DNA of 64,000 nucleotides from Sedimentisphaerales bacterium (lineage in GTDB: Bacteria > Planctomycetota > Phycisphaerae > Sedimentisphaerales > Anaerobacaceae): contig OY970194.1 in NCBI GenBank assembly GCA_963708075.1, positions 2,400,001 to 2,464,000 of the forward strand, in the 5' to 3' direction. The notes beneath the pieces are model-generated. The model did no database searches. It was given only the letters and a program-made list of their open reading frames with translations, and was not told where the DNA came from. Each line of letters opens with the position of its first letter. The stretch's first letter is position 1. Below, piece after piece: positions 1 through 11,320 of this stretch. The position numbers and the translations under genes are program-made.

Positions 1-2
1 TA

Positions 3-629
3 CAGCGTGTTGCGTTCGGCCTGCGTCAGGGGCTCCAGCACCACTTTCGGATCGCTGCCGCGAAGCAGCGGCACCGTGACCGCCGCCCCCAGGATAGAAG
101 AAAGGCCGCTCTCACGGAAGCCGAGAAGCGCATCTACCCACCGGGCTCCGACGCGAGTGCTGACCAGGGCGCCATTGGCGAGCAGACGGTTGAAGCCGAC
201 GTTCCCCTCGACCGTCACGGTCTCATCCGTTCCATCGTTCGAGTAGATCGCGCTGCCGCCTCCGAACAATTGCCACTCGTATCCGTGGCGCACCAGACGC
301 TGGTCGAGAGCCGTCGTATAGAGAAGCTCCTTCTGAAGCTGGTAGTCACGATTACGGGCAGTCGCGACGGCCACCGCCTCCTGCAGCGTCAGGACGCCCG
401 ATACAGGAATGCTTCGATCCGCCTGAAGGTCATGGGGTGACGGTTCGACGTCGCTGATTCTGTAGTTTGCCTTTGTGCCGAGCTCCGGGGCCCACTTCCT
501 GTCGATGATATCGTAGACCCTCTTGTCGGCATCCTGCTTGTAGTTCTTCGGACCACAGCCTGCCAGGATGGTCAAGGCGCCGAGACATACCAGACACAGC
601 CATCTACGGTAATGTGATGTGTCCATCAT
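3..629 (-). CDS. TolC-family outer membrane efflux lipoprotein (5' part; runs off the window edge)
   Basis: Not in the ORF track. Manual minus-strand translation from ATG 629 gives MMDTSHYRRWLCLVCLGALTILAGCGPKNYKQDAD...LTLQEAVAVATARNRDYQLQKE...VTVPLLRGS. It has a LAGC lipobox and an OEP-like LTL.EAV..A..RN motif, and it follows an HlyD-like gene. Confidence 0.75.
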   Translation of the reverse strand, partial: MMDTSHYRRWLCLVCLGALTILAGCGPKNYKQDADKRVYDIIDRKWAPELGTKANYRISDVEPSPHDLQADRSIPVSGVLTLQEAVAVATARNRDYQLQKELLYTTALDQRLVRHGYEWQLFGGGSAIYSNDGTDETVTVEGNVGFNRLLANGALVSTRVGARWVDALLGFRESGLSSILGAAVTVPLLRGSDPKVVLEPLTQAERNTL

Positions 630-683
630 TCTCAGGTGCCTCGGCGTTCAACACGCAAGCAAAGATGCGGCGAAAGCTCGCCG

Positions 684-1913
684 CTACAAGCCTCGGATTC
701 CCACGACCTCGCCGGGGACAAGCGACAATCGTGGCGGAATGTTGATCAGCACGGGTTGTCCCCACTGGGGAACATTCGGGTTACGCCACAGGCGTTGCGG
801 CATCAGTTCCATCGTGGGGCTGATCGACGCAATCTGCGACTCTGCGATCTGCGCCGGTGTCCTGATCTTGACCAGTTCCACCGACATACCCTCTTTGAGC
901 ATGCTCAACTGCTGCTCACTCACGTACGCCACAATTTCGGTTGGCTCCTCCAGTGCGACCGCGAGAATCGGGTCCCCGGCCCGTACTACCTCGCCGACGC
1001 GCCGCATCACCTGTTCGCCCGGCCTTTGCTGTAGCGCATCGTTTTCCTGTACCGGAATGGGGATAATGCGACCTTTGATAGGTGATTTGAGCTCGACGGC
1101 TTTCCGGGATTTCAGCGCCGTGAGTTGTTCAAGGAGTCCCTTCATCAATTCTTCCTGCACCCCGATCTCTTTGCGGATCACCTCCAGCGCCTGATCCACT
1201 GAGGGCCCTGCGATCTCTTGTCCGGCAAACTGCTCCAGCCGCACCTCCGCTTCAGCCATGTCCGCTTTCGCCTGAGCCAGCAATCGCGAGTCCTCGTCGA
1301 TCTTCTTGCTCAGGCTGGCGCACTGCACCTTGACCTTGTCCAGCTCATAGGGTGCAATCACGTCTTCCTCAAGAAGCTTCTCAAGGATCTTCCTCTCCGA
1401 CATCAGATCGCCCAGAGTCAGTTCATCGGCGGCAATCGACCCCTGCAACTGCATGACTCGCACGCGATAATTGTCCGCATCCATGGCGATCCGGTTCAGG
1501 TCTCCTGACCGGCTGATTTCCAGGTTCCGCTTCTCCGCCTGCATCGTCTCCTGGGTTGGGATCAGTTGGGCGGCCAGATGCTCGATTTCGGCCATGACAC
1601 CGGCCAACTCCCCTTTGAGCTCCGCTTCCAGCGTCTGCTCGTTATCGAGGATCGTGTCCACGACCGCCAAGGTCTGTCCGGCGATCACTGGCTCGTATAA
1701 TGCGACCGAAATGTCCTTGATGCGGCCGGTGCTGCTCGCCGCCACCTGGCGCACCTCCCCCCTCGCGATGCCCACGATTTCAAATCGGTGAGCACGCTGA
1801 CGAAGGAGCCCGACTACGCCACCGACAGCCACCAGCCAGACCATCACCGGCACTGCGTGACGCAGGTAGGAGCGTTTCTGCTCGTGACTACTTGGTGCGG
1901 CTTTTCTTCCCAT
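684..1913 (-). CDS. HlyD-family membrane fusion / periplasmic adaptor protein
   Basis: N-terminal TM helix, lipoyl half-motifs (VAASSTGRIKDISV...V.AGQTL; LKSPIKGRI...GEVVRAGDPIL) and a long coiled coil between them. Confidence 0.85.
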   Translation of the reverse strand: MGRKAAPSSHEQKRSYLRHAVPVMVWLVAVGGVVGLLRQRAHRFEIVGIARGEVRQVAASSTGRIKDISVALYEPVIAGQTLAVVDTILDNEQTLEAELKGELAGVMAEIEHLAAQLIPTQETMQAEKRNLEISRSGDLNRIAMDADNYRVRVMQLQGSIAADELTLGDLMSERKILEKLLEEDVIAPYELDKVKVQCASLSKKIDEDSRLLAQAKADMAEAEVRLEQFAGQEIAGPSVDQALEVIRKEIGVQEELMKGLLEQLTALKSRKAVELKSPIKGRIIPIPVQENDALQQRPGEQVMRRVGEVVRAGDPILAVALEEPTEIVAYVSEQQLSMLKEGMSVELVKIRTPAQIAESQIASISPTMELMPQRLWRNPNVPQWGQPVLINIPPRLSLVPGEVVGIRGL

Positions 1914-1921
1914 CGTGCGGC

Positions 1922-2617
1922 CTAGGCTTCGAGGAGCCTCTCCTGCATCGTCAGATTGATGTTCTCGATCCCTTCGACCTTCTCTAACTCGGCGACAAAC
2001 TCATTGTTCATGGCGACATTGCGTATCATGATCTGATAGGCGTATTCGGCCGGTCCGCCGAAACCGCTGTCCTGCACCGAGATCAGGCTGAAGCTCCCAC
2101 AGAACCGATGCAGAATATTGGACACCGGATGGTTTGGACCCAGTGGGCCTCGCAGGCCGAAGCGAAGGAAACCATTGTGAGGCTCATGCGAGCCAAAATC
2201 GGTGAAATGCAGGTACACGGCGATCGAGCACAGAATCAGCGTCCCCAGGATCGACGTCAGGTATCGGTGCGAGCCGCAAGCCATGCCGATCACCAACGCG
2301 CAAAAGACGAAGGCGATGTCACGCGTGTCCTTGAGCACGTTCCGGAAGCGGACGATGGCTAACGCGCCCATCAGCCCGACGGCCGTGATGATGTTGTTCC
2401 CGATCACCGACATCACCATGGAGACGATTACCGTGATCAGGATCAGCGATTGCACATAAGAGCGGGAATAGGACAATCCCGTGTGCGTAAGGTAATAAAC
2501 CCACGCAAGCACCTGCCCCAGCACAAATGCCAGCAGAAGCGAAAGAAGCACGGCCTGGGGAGTGAACATCCCGCTGCCCAGCGACGTGTCCTCCAGGACT
2601 TGCCACCATCTATCCAT
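1922..2617 (-). CDS. DUF4956 family membrane protein
   Basis: Multiple TM helices, GLMGALAIVRFRN..KD.RD signature, F...IGMACG motif and a soluble C-terminal ACT-like region. It overlaps the VTC gene by 8 nt. Confidence 0.9.
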   Translation of the reverse strand: MDRWWQVLEDTSLGSGMFTPQAVLLSLLLAFVLGQVLAWVYYLTHTGLSYSRSYVQSLILITVIVSMVMSVIGNNIITAVGLMGALAIVRFRNVLKDTRDIAFVFCALVIGMACGSHRYLTSILGTLILCSIAVYLHFTDFGSHEPHNGFLRFGLRGPLGPNHPVSNILHRFCGSFSLISVQDSGFGGPAEYAYQIMIRNVAMNNEFVAELEKVEGIENINLTMQERLLEA

Positions 2618-3518
2618 TCCACGGACTCCTCAGGGCCGGGGCACAGAAGCCAAACCGGCACGCCTGTTCGATAGATGTGGCGTACTTGGATACCGAATTC
2701 AACACCAAGCCGAAGTCCTCCACCAGGCGGCTGAGCCACAGGGGATACGTTCCCGTGAACTTGATCTCCAGGATTACGTTGTTCATTGTAACATCATTGC
2801 GCTGCCAGCCGGAACCCCCAAGTCGCACATACGGCTCGTGCGTGACCTTGTAACAGAGATCCCGGTCAAAGGTCACCCTCACCCGGTTCTGGGAAGGGCT
2901 CTCCCAGGCCTGCCTCTTATAGCGGACCAGAACCATCGGGCCGGCATGGATGCTTGCCACGTACAACTGAAACTGATTCAAGGCGGCCTCGTCGGTCGTA
3001 TAGCCTTGCGGGGGCAACGACATGCCCCGGATCAAGACCGGCACATCACCGTCCATCACGCGCGCCCGGCTTTTCATGATCACGCGATTGATCCGCCGCT
3101 TGATCTCAAAGAAACGCGGGTACTCGGGCTCATCCGTGTAGCTGCGAATCCGCAGCTTGAACCGGTTTTTCACCCCCGTCATGGTCTCCCGGCACAGCCG
3201 CAGGTCCGGAGAGTCCAAATACAGGCTGACGATCGGGTAATACCCTCCCCGTTGCAGCTTGGAGTAGCGGTCCGGCTCGAGAAACGGCCTGATATACCTT
3301 TCAATGGCCGCGGTCTCGATCTCCGTAATGAGGTATTTCATCTCATATCGGCACGCGAGCATCCGGTCAACCGTCTTCTTCGGCTGCCGGTCAGGGCGCA
3401 CCTTCGGACTGTCCTTCTGCCCCGGGGCATTGTCACAAGCCCGTCGTTCTGAGTCATTTGTCATCATACCGGCCTTCTCCGCCGCATTACCTGGCGAGGC
3501 CGGATTTCGTAATTCCAA
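2610..3518 (-). CDS. VTC domain (CYTH-like) polyphosphate polymerase domain protein
   Basis: Motifs RYEMKY, SLYLD, KLRIRSY, FEIKRR, RVTFDRDL, ILEIK and SKY. The start could be TTG 3518 or a slightly downstream ATG. Confidence 0.9.
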   Translation of the reverse strand: MELRNPASPGNAAEKAGMMTNDSERRACDNAPGQKDSPKVRPDRQPKKTVDRMLACRYEMKYLITEIETAAIERYIRPFLEPDRYSKLQRGGYYPIVSLYLDSPDLRLCRETMTGVKNRFKLRIRSYTDEPEYPRFFEIKRRINRVIMKSRARVMDGDVPVLIRGMSLPPQGYTTDEAALNQFQLYVASIHAGPMVLVRYKRQAWESPSQNRVRVTFDRDLCYKVTHEPYVRLGGSGWQRNDVTMNNVILEIKFTGTYPLWLSRLVEDFGLVLNSVSKYATSIEQACRFGFCAPALRSPWNG

Positions 3519-3647
3519 ATCCGTGACACTCCTTCATGGTCCGGCCTTGACCTCGCAAACGCAAGTGACGCCCTCCCAAGCAGTTACACGTCATCATTCC
3601 TTAACCTCGCACTGGAGATGGTCAATTCCAGCCCGAGCTTCTTATCT

Positions 3648-3677
3648 ATTTTAACACACGGACCCACTCACAGTCAA
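3648..3677 (-). promoter_or_regulatory. sigma70-like promoter of the VTC-DUF4956-HlyD-TolC operon
   Basis: Minus strand TTGACT-N18-TAAAAT with an extended -10 TG. Confidence 0.55.
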
Positions 3678-3750
3678 GAGCCTGTCACCCAGTTTCCCTT
3701 GTCATCACGCAAAGCCTGACCACGTCCGATAAACCATGATTCCGATGCAT

Positions 3751-6700
3751 CTACGGCTCCTCATGCCTGAGAGGGTCCGGCTCGTTAGCGGCCCCCGGAG
3801 AAGGAACCGCGGAATGCCAGTTGGCGGGGTCGTTGCCATACGCAGCGGAATCCGTCCGGTTCAGGGACATGCCCAAGCCGTTGGCATCCCCGGGCCACGG
3901 GTCAGTGCGCTCAGGGAAATCCCGCCCGTGCGCCCCGTCACTGTACACGACCCGATCCACACGAATCCAGTTACGCGTTCCATTTGCATCCACGTTGCCG
4001 GGCTTGCTGAGCTGGATCTTTGCCGGACCGTTGACCAGCTTGCCGGCGCCCCAGGCAAGAATCTGCACGCCCACAGGGGCCGTGTACTTCGAACTGAACA
4101 AGCCCGTGTCTTTCACCAGCAGCAGGTACTCGCCTGCTGCGAGCGTCACAGGTGGATTCTCAGGCAGCAGCAACTCAACGGATGGCTCCTCCGGATCATC
4201 CGTGAATCGCCAGGGAGCTTCTCTGACTGCGTCGTACAACGTCACAGGCTCATCGCTGATATTGAGCAGCTCCACGTACTCGGCGTCTACAGGATTCTCC
4301 GGATGGTACATGATCTCATTGATCACCACCGGCCCCACTCTCGGAGCAGCATTCTCCGCACCAGGCGTGGCCATGCTCATCGCCACGAAGTTGTATGTAC
4401 CCATGCTCTTCTCGTAGCGACCCAGGGAGACTCCCGCCTCGGAGGCATCGAATTTCTCCTGCTCGCTGTAGCCGGTCAGGACGCCTGCGGAACCGGAATG
4501 CAGATAGACCGTTTCTCCATCGGCGCTCAGGGCAAAGGGCTCATGGCTGCCCGGATCGGCCTGGCTGTTGAAGTGGCGGTTCTCATAGAACACGATGTAC
4601 TCACCGGCGGCGATACTTGCCCCGGCGGCCACCTCGTACTGGGTCAGATTGTTCGCGTCATCGCTGAGGAACCAGCCTCCGATATCAATGGGCTGATCGG
4701 TCGTATTGTGCAGCTCGATCCAATCGGGTCCGCTGTCCTGGGAGTTGGCCAGAAGCTCATTGATGACCACGGAGCCGAGCGGAGGCACCTGGCCGCTATC
4801 GTCAGTACCGGGCGAGCCGCCTGCCTTGGCGCTGGGCCGCCAGACAATCTTATCATCGTACGCATTGGGGTCGGCTGTCCTCGGGTCTCTTACGGTAAGC
4901 GAGAAACCCAGCCCGTCAGTGATATCGAACCAGTTGTCTTCGAGGCGGAAATCGTGAATGTCTGTGCCCACGGCATCGAGCAATTCGATCCGCTCTCCCG
5001 CGTTGTTCAGGTTGCCTACGTACTGGCCCACGACAGGCAGACTCGAGCCGTACCGGGCCTGGAAGGCTGTCGCGTTCCTGACCAGCAGGGAGTAGCGGCT
5101 GGGAGCCAATTCCAGGTCCGGGAAGGTGAAGTAGACGCCATTGGCGAGCTTCACCAGGTTCAGATTGATGCTCTCATCGCCGATGTTGATCAGCTCGATG
5201 AATTCGGTATTGGGATCATTCGGGTCGTCCGTCTCGACCGGGTGGTACATGATCTCGCTAATCCGCAGGTTCTCCGCGATCGGCCCGACGGAGAAGACCG
5301 CCTCGTTCAAAGCGCTCCAGGCGCCGCCGCTCAGTGCCCGGGCCTTGACCTGCACGCTCTTGTCCAGCGTCACGGGACCTGTGTACTTGATGGCGGTCGG
5401 CGAAATCCCACCGCTCGCGGCAGATGTCCCTTGCCCCCACTCCAGCGAGGCCTGGATGATGAAGTCCGAGCTTGTCGGCGAGGAATTCAAGCCATGAATG
5501 GCGAGGATGTTCTGCCCCTGCCGCAACAGGCTGATGTGCTCGTCGATCGGGAAGATCTCGGCGGCATCGCCCTCATGGTTGGCTTGAGCGGCGGAATTCC
5601 ATGCCGGTGTCCCGGTGAACGAGGCCCTCTGCACTTCGACGCCGTTGAGGTAGGCGACAAAACCGTCGTCATATTGGACCCTGAGTGACAGCGACTTGTA
5701 CGTGCTCGGGTCTGCGGCCACATCGAAGGGGATTCGTATGTAGCAGCCCGCCGCGATTCCATACATCTGCCGATTCAGATCGAGGCTGATCAGGGACTCA
5801 TACCCGAGGCTGCGCTCGTAACCGACCCCGCCGGGGCCGCCCGCCACGGTCATCCAGGTCGCATCATTGAAATCCTCACCGCCCTTCCATGCCTCTTCGA
5901 CTTCACCGGTCGGAACGAGGACGCGTTTGGTCGTGTTCTCGGCCACCAGGATCTGGCCTCCGGAGCTCCCCGCCTTCTCCGGCAGCCGCGGATCCGTGCC
6001 GTCCAGGGTGTAGTAGATGTCGTCTGACGCCTGCATTCTCAGCTCGAAGCCAACGGGGACATGCCCGCCGTGCTGATTGAAGCTCGGGGCCCATACGTCG
6101 GGATACCAACCATGGCTCCTCAACTGGTCCAGGACCACCGACGTCCGGTTCGGAAGGCCGAAGTCGCCATAGTCGTTGATGATGCGATTGACCTCGTTCT
6201 CCCAGTCCGCCTTCGTAAACGCGGTCGAGCGCTTCGCGTCGCCCCAGCGAGCGGACTCGGCGATGATGGCCATCTCGATTTGGCCGGCCCGGTCGAGCAT
6301 GCGCTGCCTCGATCTTGCGTAGGCCAGAACCCCGTTGTTGAAGAAATGCTTGTGCACGCGATCGGCCAAGCGCATGCGGAACTCCGGATGTTCGAGCAGC
6401 CTTTGCTGCAACCACTGGGGCGTGAAGTACTCGAAGCGCGCAGATCCGGATGCGTGAAAGGCCCCGTCCGATCCAGGCCCCAGCCATAGCGGTCGATCAA
6501 GGTGTGCTCGGCGTCATGCCGGAACCACTTGAAACCATCCGGATTCGCATGATTGTAGACGCTGTAGTAGTTGTTCGGCCGGTTGTTGCCGAGAAAATTG
6601 GATATAGGCCCGTCAAAATCTCCCGCGTAGAAGGTGCACAGCATGTAGTCGATCAGGTTATCCGGGTCGAGCAGCTTGGGGTACTCGGGGTTGGGCGTCC

Positions 6701-8426
6701 CATCCGGATTCAGGCCCTGGATCCGATAATACGGCTCCTCGACATTGAAGCCGGCCACAGCAGCCTGCCAGAGCAGACGGCAGGCATCCAGGGCGCCGTC
6801 CGTCGCCTCGATGGTGTAGCTGGGGTTGCCGCCTACGGTCTTTACGACGTCGTAATCCTCCTTGCCTCCCCCGAAGTAGGATTCAGCGTACGAGGCTTCC
6901 GGCCGCTCTTCCGTCTGGAACAAACCCCAGTACTGGCCATTGAGATAGAGATGATAGTAGCGACTTCGGGTGTAGGATTGGCCCATGTCCCGCTGCGTGT
7001 CACGAGAGAAGACGTCGCGGAGGAATGTGTGCCTTTCAGACCCGTCATAGGCCCAGGAGTAGTTCTGGCTGGTCCGCAGATCGATGTTTTCGAATTCGTC
7101 CACTCCCTCTTTGCCGAAGAGTGGATACTTGAGCTTTGGCGTGCCGTACTCACTTCGAAAGAACAGGCGAAACGCGTGTTTGGGATTCGAGTCGCTGCGG
7201 CTGTATCCGCCGCGAACCCGCAGTCCGGCGTCAACCTGGAATCCCTCCGTCTCATCCGGATGAATCAACTCGACGGAAACCAGCCGCTCCCACTCCTGTC
7301 CGGTCCGCTTCGCATTCACGTAGATCCCTCGTTGCGAGTCGAAGAGATTGCTCACGTCCGTCGCGAGGGAAATCGTGGGGATGGAAAGCAGTGCATCACC
7401 CATCAGGTCCTTGTACCGGGGATCGTTCACGACATCCGGGTCCATGCCGTAGTCGATCGTCTGCCCGTTGACGCTGCCGGTGGGCCATCCGGGTCCGGGG
7501 GACCCTCCCGTCGGAGACTGCTTGATCACATCGGCAACGAAGATATAGGTGCGAGTCTCTATTGGCGAGGGTTGCCAGCCGGGCTTGACCGCGACCGCAC
7601 GCAGGCAGGCGGTCTTGTTGATTCGCACCGGCTCACTGTACAAGGCAGCCATGCTACTCGGACGGGCGGCATCGGCGACATACGGCACGCTGCCGTCCGT
7701 CGTGTAGTAGATCATCGCCCCTTCCGTCTCGCAGGTGATGGCTACGAAGAACTCCCGATCATGGAAGCCGTGGTCGAAATTGAACTTCGGCTTCCGTGTA
7801 ATCCCCTCGTAGATCCGGACGTTCGGGCCGCCGGGGGTGGGGAATGTCATCAGCCACCACGAGTCGTTCCCATCCGGGAATCGGCCGTAGGAGACGTTCG
7901 CCACCTGCTGGTCAAATGTGATAGTGTCGACCAGAGTGACGCCGTCCTTGTCGAACAGCGCCAGATCCTCGCCGCCGGCATTGAGCGAGAAGTCCGCATG
8001 CAGCCCCGGGTCCGCCACATCCCTGTCGGCCCAAATCACCAGGTAGCCATGGGGTGCAATGGTCGTCTGCGCAGCATCGCTGGTGGGAATGTGCCATTTC
8101 GCGGGTTGGAGCAGATCGTCCGTCAGGTACATCCCGCCGACATCGAACGGTGCGTCCCCCCGGTTATATAACTCAAGCCAGTCGTCCGGCTCGCCTTGCG
8201 GGTCTGAGTACTTGTCGCTCGAGTTTGACGCCAGGAACTCGTTGATGACGATGGGGATAGCCCCTGCCTCCAGATTCGCGTCCACAACCGTGTAATCGGC
8301 AAAGCCGCTACCGTCGCCAAGATCCCGAGAGGATGAAGCAGCTAGCGTGGAACCGCCGATACAGAGAATCAGCGCAAGCACGCGCACGCTGTCCGGCAAC
8401 ACATTCACCTTCGTCCTCCCGTGCAA
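3751..8426 (-). CDS. Secreted CotH kinase family protein with lamin-tail (LTD) and chitobiase/Fn3-like domains; one frameshift near 6441
   Basis: ORFs 6120..8426 and 3751..6411 join if one base is restored near 6441 (...HPDL-ARFEYFTPQWLQQRL). Signal peptide, INE..A/DWIELYN LTD motifs, IYYTTDGS.P, and CotH motifs YLNGQYWGL..TEE and DFDGP...NNYY...RHDAE. Confidence 0.85.
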
Positions 8427-8486
8427 ATAGACAAGTCTACCCGGGCTTCACTCCGCGCAGAAGCTCCGGACAGAAGCCAAAACTGT

Positions 8487-8516
8487 ATTGTAGCATAAAT
8501 CCTGCCATCAGGTCAA
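8487..8516 (-). promoter_or_regulatory. sigma70-like promoter of the first CotH gene
   Basis: Minus strand TTGACC-N18-TACAAT with an extended TG. Confidence 0.55.
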
Positions 8517-8694
8517 TCCTGGCTCCCGGCAAATGTCCCGCCCGCGAGCCAGCGAAAACCGGGACTTCCAGCGCCACAGGTGCGGCCGGCACCCATCCTT
8601 ATAGACGCAATTCCAGCGTCTTAGTTTCAGAAAAACTCTGTGAGCCGGATATGCTTTCCCGCCGCAAATCGCGGTGGCGCGTCAGCACTCAAGG

Positions 8695-9105
8695 TCACTG
8701 GTCGGCGCTGCTCCGCTCCCCAAGAGTATGTGAATCGAAGGACAACCATGGGCGAACCGCCTCGATCGTGGCAGGACCTATGCCTGTAACCCTTCGCAGA
8801 TCTTCGGCGCGTCTGAACGCGGGCCCCTGGCCGCCCCTCTCGCTGAATTGACTGCGGTAGGAGACAATCTGCCGAGCCCGCGCTGGGCCGATTCTCGGCA
8901 GTCTGGCCAGACTTTCGGGCAGCGCATCGTTCGGATTGATCGTGTCCTCGATCGCGAAGTGAACAGGGTGTGCGGATGTATCCGCCACGCTTACAGCAAA
9001 AGTGATGCCGGTTGCCACACAAAGGCATGCAAGACAGAGGAAACCAACCGATTCGATCAGGTCGCCGGACGGCTCGCTCCTGCCGGTGAAGACGCCGGAC
9101 ATCAT
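8695..9105 (-). CDS. comEA: ComEA-like helix-hairpin-helix DNA-binding protein
   Basis: INPNDA..ESL.RLPRIGPARA..IV.YR...F....DL.RV.GIGP motif and an N-terminal TM. GGAGG RBS before ATG 9105. Confidence 0.75.
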   Translation of the reverse strand: MMSGVFTGRSEPSGDLIESVGFLCLACLCVATGITFAVSVADTSAHPVHFAIEDTINPNDALPESLARLPRIGPARARQIVSYRSQFSERGGQGPAFRRAEDLRRVTGIGPATIEAVRPWLSFDSHTLGERSSADQ

Positions 9106-9133
9106 CGGGCACCTCCCTGGGTCGCGTCCGTTC

Positions 9134-10609
9134 CTACCGCTTGAACATGGACACGTATACCCTCTTGAGCGTCTTGAATGCTTCTTTTGCCTCAAGCTGG
9201 TCAGTCAACAGGCCGCTGTACGCAATGGTGTCGTCCGGACCGTCTGCGAGGGTGCCGTAATTGACGGCTTCAACAAACGGTTTGCTCAAAGCAATCTTAT
9301 AGAAGCGATTGAGCCATTGACTTTGCCGAGTGTCATCCCATTTCTGGTGCCACACGCCGGCCACCTGGCTCTCAAATGGGCCGCTGCCGTTCTTGCTGGG
9401 GATCTCGACGTCGGTGATGTACAGCGGCTTGGCCACCACGGCAAAGCAATCGAGAATGGACGATATCTGCATCATGTCCCGCAGATGCATGCCCACTTCA
9501 TCTTTGCCGAAGCGCATCTGCAGTCCGAACGCATCGAAATTGGTCCCGCTCTGGACCACCATATCCATGTAGACAAACGGCGGAATACTGTTGGGCGTCG
9601 TGGCGTAATATTCGCCCCACGGATGGCTGACCTCAATGATTTTGACGGCCCGGCTGCCTGCCGCCTTCACACCCATACTGGCCGCACGCGTCATCTCGAG
9701 GATCTGCTCAAAATTGAAATTGAACTGGTTGTATGCGTTCAGGCCGCTGATCACGTACCATCGATGGACCACGTTGGCATAGCGGGCCACGACTTTGGAA
9801 ACGAACTGATACGCCAGTTCCCGGATCTTCTCGAAGCCAACCCCGGCCTGCAGGAGCCATTGGGGCAGGTGGTCTTCCGTGAAGCGAAGCAACGGTCCAA
9901 CGCCGATGACCACCTTCTTCCCGGCCAGCAGAGAAATGCACTGATCCACGGCGGAGAAATCCAGGTGTCCTTTTCGGGCTTCGATCTGCGCCCAGTTGAC
10001 AGGCACGGTCACCGAGGAAAAGAACTCCGTGAGTTTATCGAAATACTGAGGCTTGGCAATCAGGCGGGGATCGACCCGACAACCGAGACAGCCGCGGCCG
10101 AACCCATGATTCTTACGCCGCTTGTCAAAGAGCAGTTTCCCGTGTCGGATGGCCAGTTTCTCAGAGTATACCATGGCCCTCTTCAGGGCCTCGTCAGCCA
10201 GCCGGGATGCCTTCGCGCCGTTGTCGATGTTCTGGATCGCCTCGATAAACAGGTCCTGGGCCCCCTTCGAAATGTCCTCCATCCCCTCGACGCTATCGAA
10301 AAAGGACCAGTCTTCCCGCCGGTTGGTGATTTGCATAAGCTTGGCGCGGGTGATCTCGACGTTGAGATTATAGGGGCGTTCCCGCTCGGGCAGGCAGGTG
10401 GTGGGCAGCAGGATGCGGCCGAAACCGCTGATCGGCCACAGCAGGGCCAGGCCCGCCGTTTCTACGTTTGGCCTGATGCACTCGACGATGCCGTTGGTGG
10501 CGCCGATTCTCGCCCGGCGGATGCTGATGCCGTCCGTGCCGAACAGGTAGGCGCCGCAGGGCCTGAACTTCTCAACAAGTTCGCCATCTCTGAAGACCTG
10601 AAACTTCAC
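9134..10609 (-). CDS. GH10 (endo-1,4-beta-xylanase)-like TIM-barrel protein, probably non-catalytic
   Basis: W.QIE..KG..DFS..D, P.WL, FDAFGLQM, KPLYITD and GLL....K patterns. No signal peptide, and the catalytic Glu motifs are altered. Confidence 0.7.
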   Translation of the reverse strand: MKFQVFRDGELVEKFRPCGAYLFGTDGISIRRARIGATNGIVECIRPNVETAGLALLWPISGFGRILLPTTCLPERERPYNLNVEITRAKLMQITNRREDWSFFDSVEGMEDISKGAQDLFIEAIQNIDNGAKASRLADEALKRAMVYSEKLAIRHGKLLFDKRRKNHGFGRGCLGCRVDPRLIAKPQYFDKLTEFFSSVTVPVNWAQIEARKGHLDFSAVDQCISLLAGKKVVIGVGPLLRFTEDHLPQWLLQAGVGFEKIRELAYQFVSKVVARYANVVHRWYVISGLNAYNQFNFNFEQILEMTRAASMGVKAAGSRAVKIIEVSHPWGEYYATTPNSIPPFVYMDMVVQSGTNFDAFGLQMRFGKDEVGMHLRDMMQISSILDCFAVVAKPLYITDVEIPSKNGSGPFESQVAGVWHQKWDDTRQSQWLNRFYKIALSKPFVEAVNYGTLADGPDDTIAYSGLLTDQLEAKEAFKTLKRVYVSMFKR

Positions 10610-10758
10610 TCAGTACCTCGATCCAACAGGTTGATTGCGGCACCGCACCCGCAAAGTCATGCGAAGTGTGCTCGCGGCACTATCATAGCACAGAGCGGCT
10701 TTGACGCAACGCAAAAACCCGGTTGCGTGCCCGGGAGCAGCCCGGCGATCGGGTACAA

Positions 10759-11211
10759 TCAGGTTTCTGCCGCATGGGGCCGGCCCGGAAAGGGCCTTTT
10801 CTTGTACCGGACCATGCGCAATCCGTTGCCTCGCTCATTGTACTCGACCACGTCCATATAGGCATTCATGAGCAGCAGGCCGCGGCCTTCCGGCCGATAC
10901 AGGTTCTCGCCCGTCCGGGGATCGGGGATGCTGTGTGGATCGAACCCCCGGCCCTCATCCGTCATCCGGATCTCCACCTTCTCCTCATCGACCAGGTATT
11001 CCAGCACCACTTTCTTGGACGGGTCCATCTTGTTGCCGTGCTTGACAGCGTTGAGGAAGGCCTCTTCCAGAGCCAGATGCACGGCGAACAGATCGTCCTG
11101 CGTATAGCCCTTCTCCTCCAGGAGGGAGAGAAGTCGCTCGCATGGCTCCCTGAGGCCTGATGGCTTGCTTTCTATAACGATGGAAGACTGGATGGGCGTC
11201 TTAGACGCCAT
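10759..11211 (-). CDS. RsbW-like anti-sigma factor Ser/Thr kinase (HATPase_c)
   Basis: LALEEAFLNAVKHGN, DEGRGFDP and GRGLLLM motifs. Confidence 0.9.
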   Translation of the reverse strand: MASKTPIQSSIVIESKPSGLREPCERLLSLLEEKGYTQDDLFAVHLALEEAFLNAVKHGNKMDPSKKVVLEYLVDEEKVEIRMTDEGRGFDPHSIPDPRTGENLYRPEGRGLLLMNAYMDVVEYNERGNGLRMVRYKKRPFPGRPHAAET

Positions 11212-11320
11212 ACCGTAATACCTGCCCTTCTACATCCTCCGGACCAGGCCTGTGCGCAACCCGGTTCGGCCCTCGCGACGGAGGTTTGGCGACGCTGTCC
11301 ACGAGTTGCCGGCCCGGACT

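Noticed and set aside
3736..5688. Long plus-strand ORF of 650 aa, and similar long antisense ORFs (6450..8171, 9002..10861, 26023..27621, 43291..44742, 47139..48653)
   Set aside because: These are antisense shadows of well-supported genes, typical of high-GC codon bias, with no recognisable motifs.
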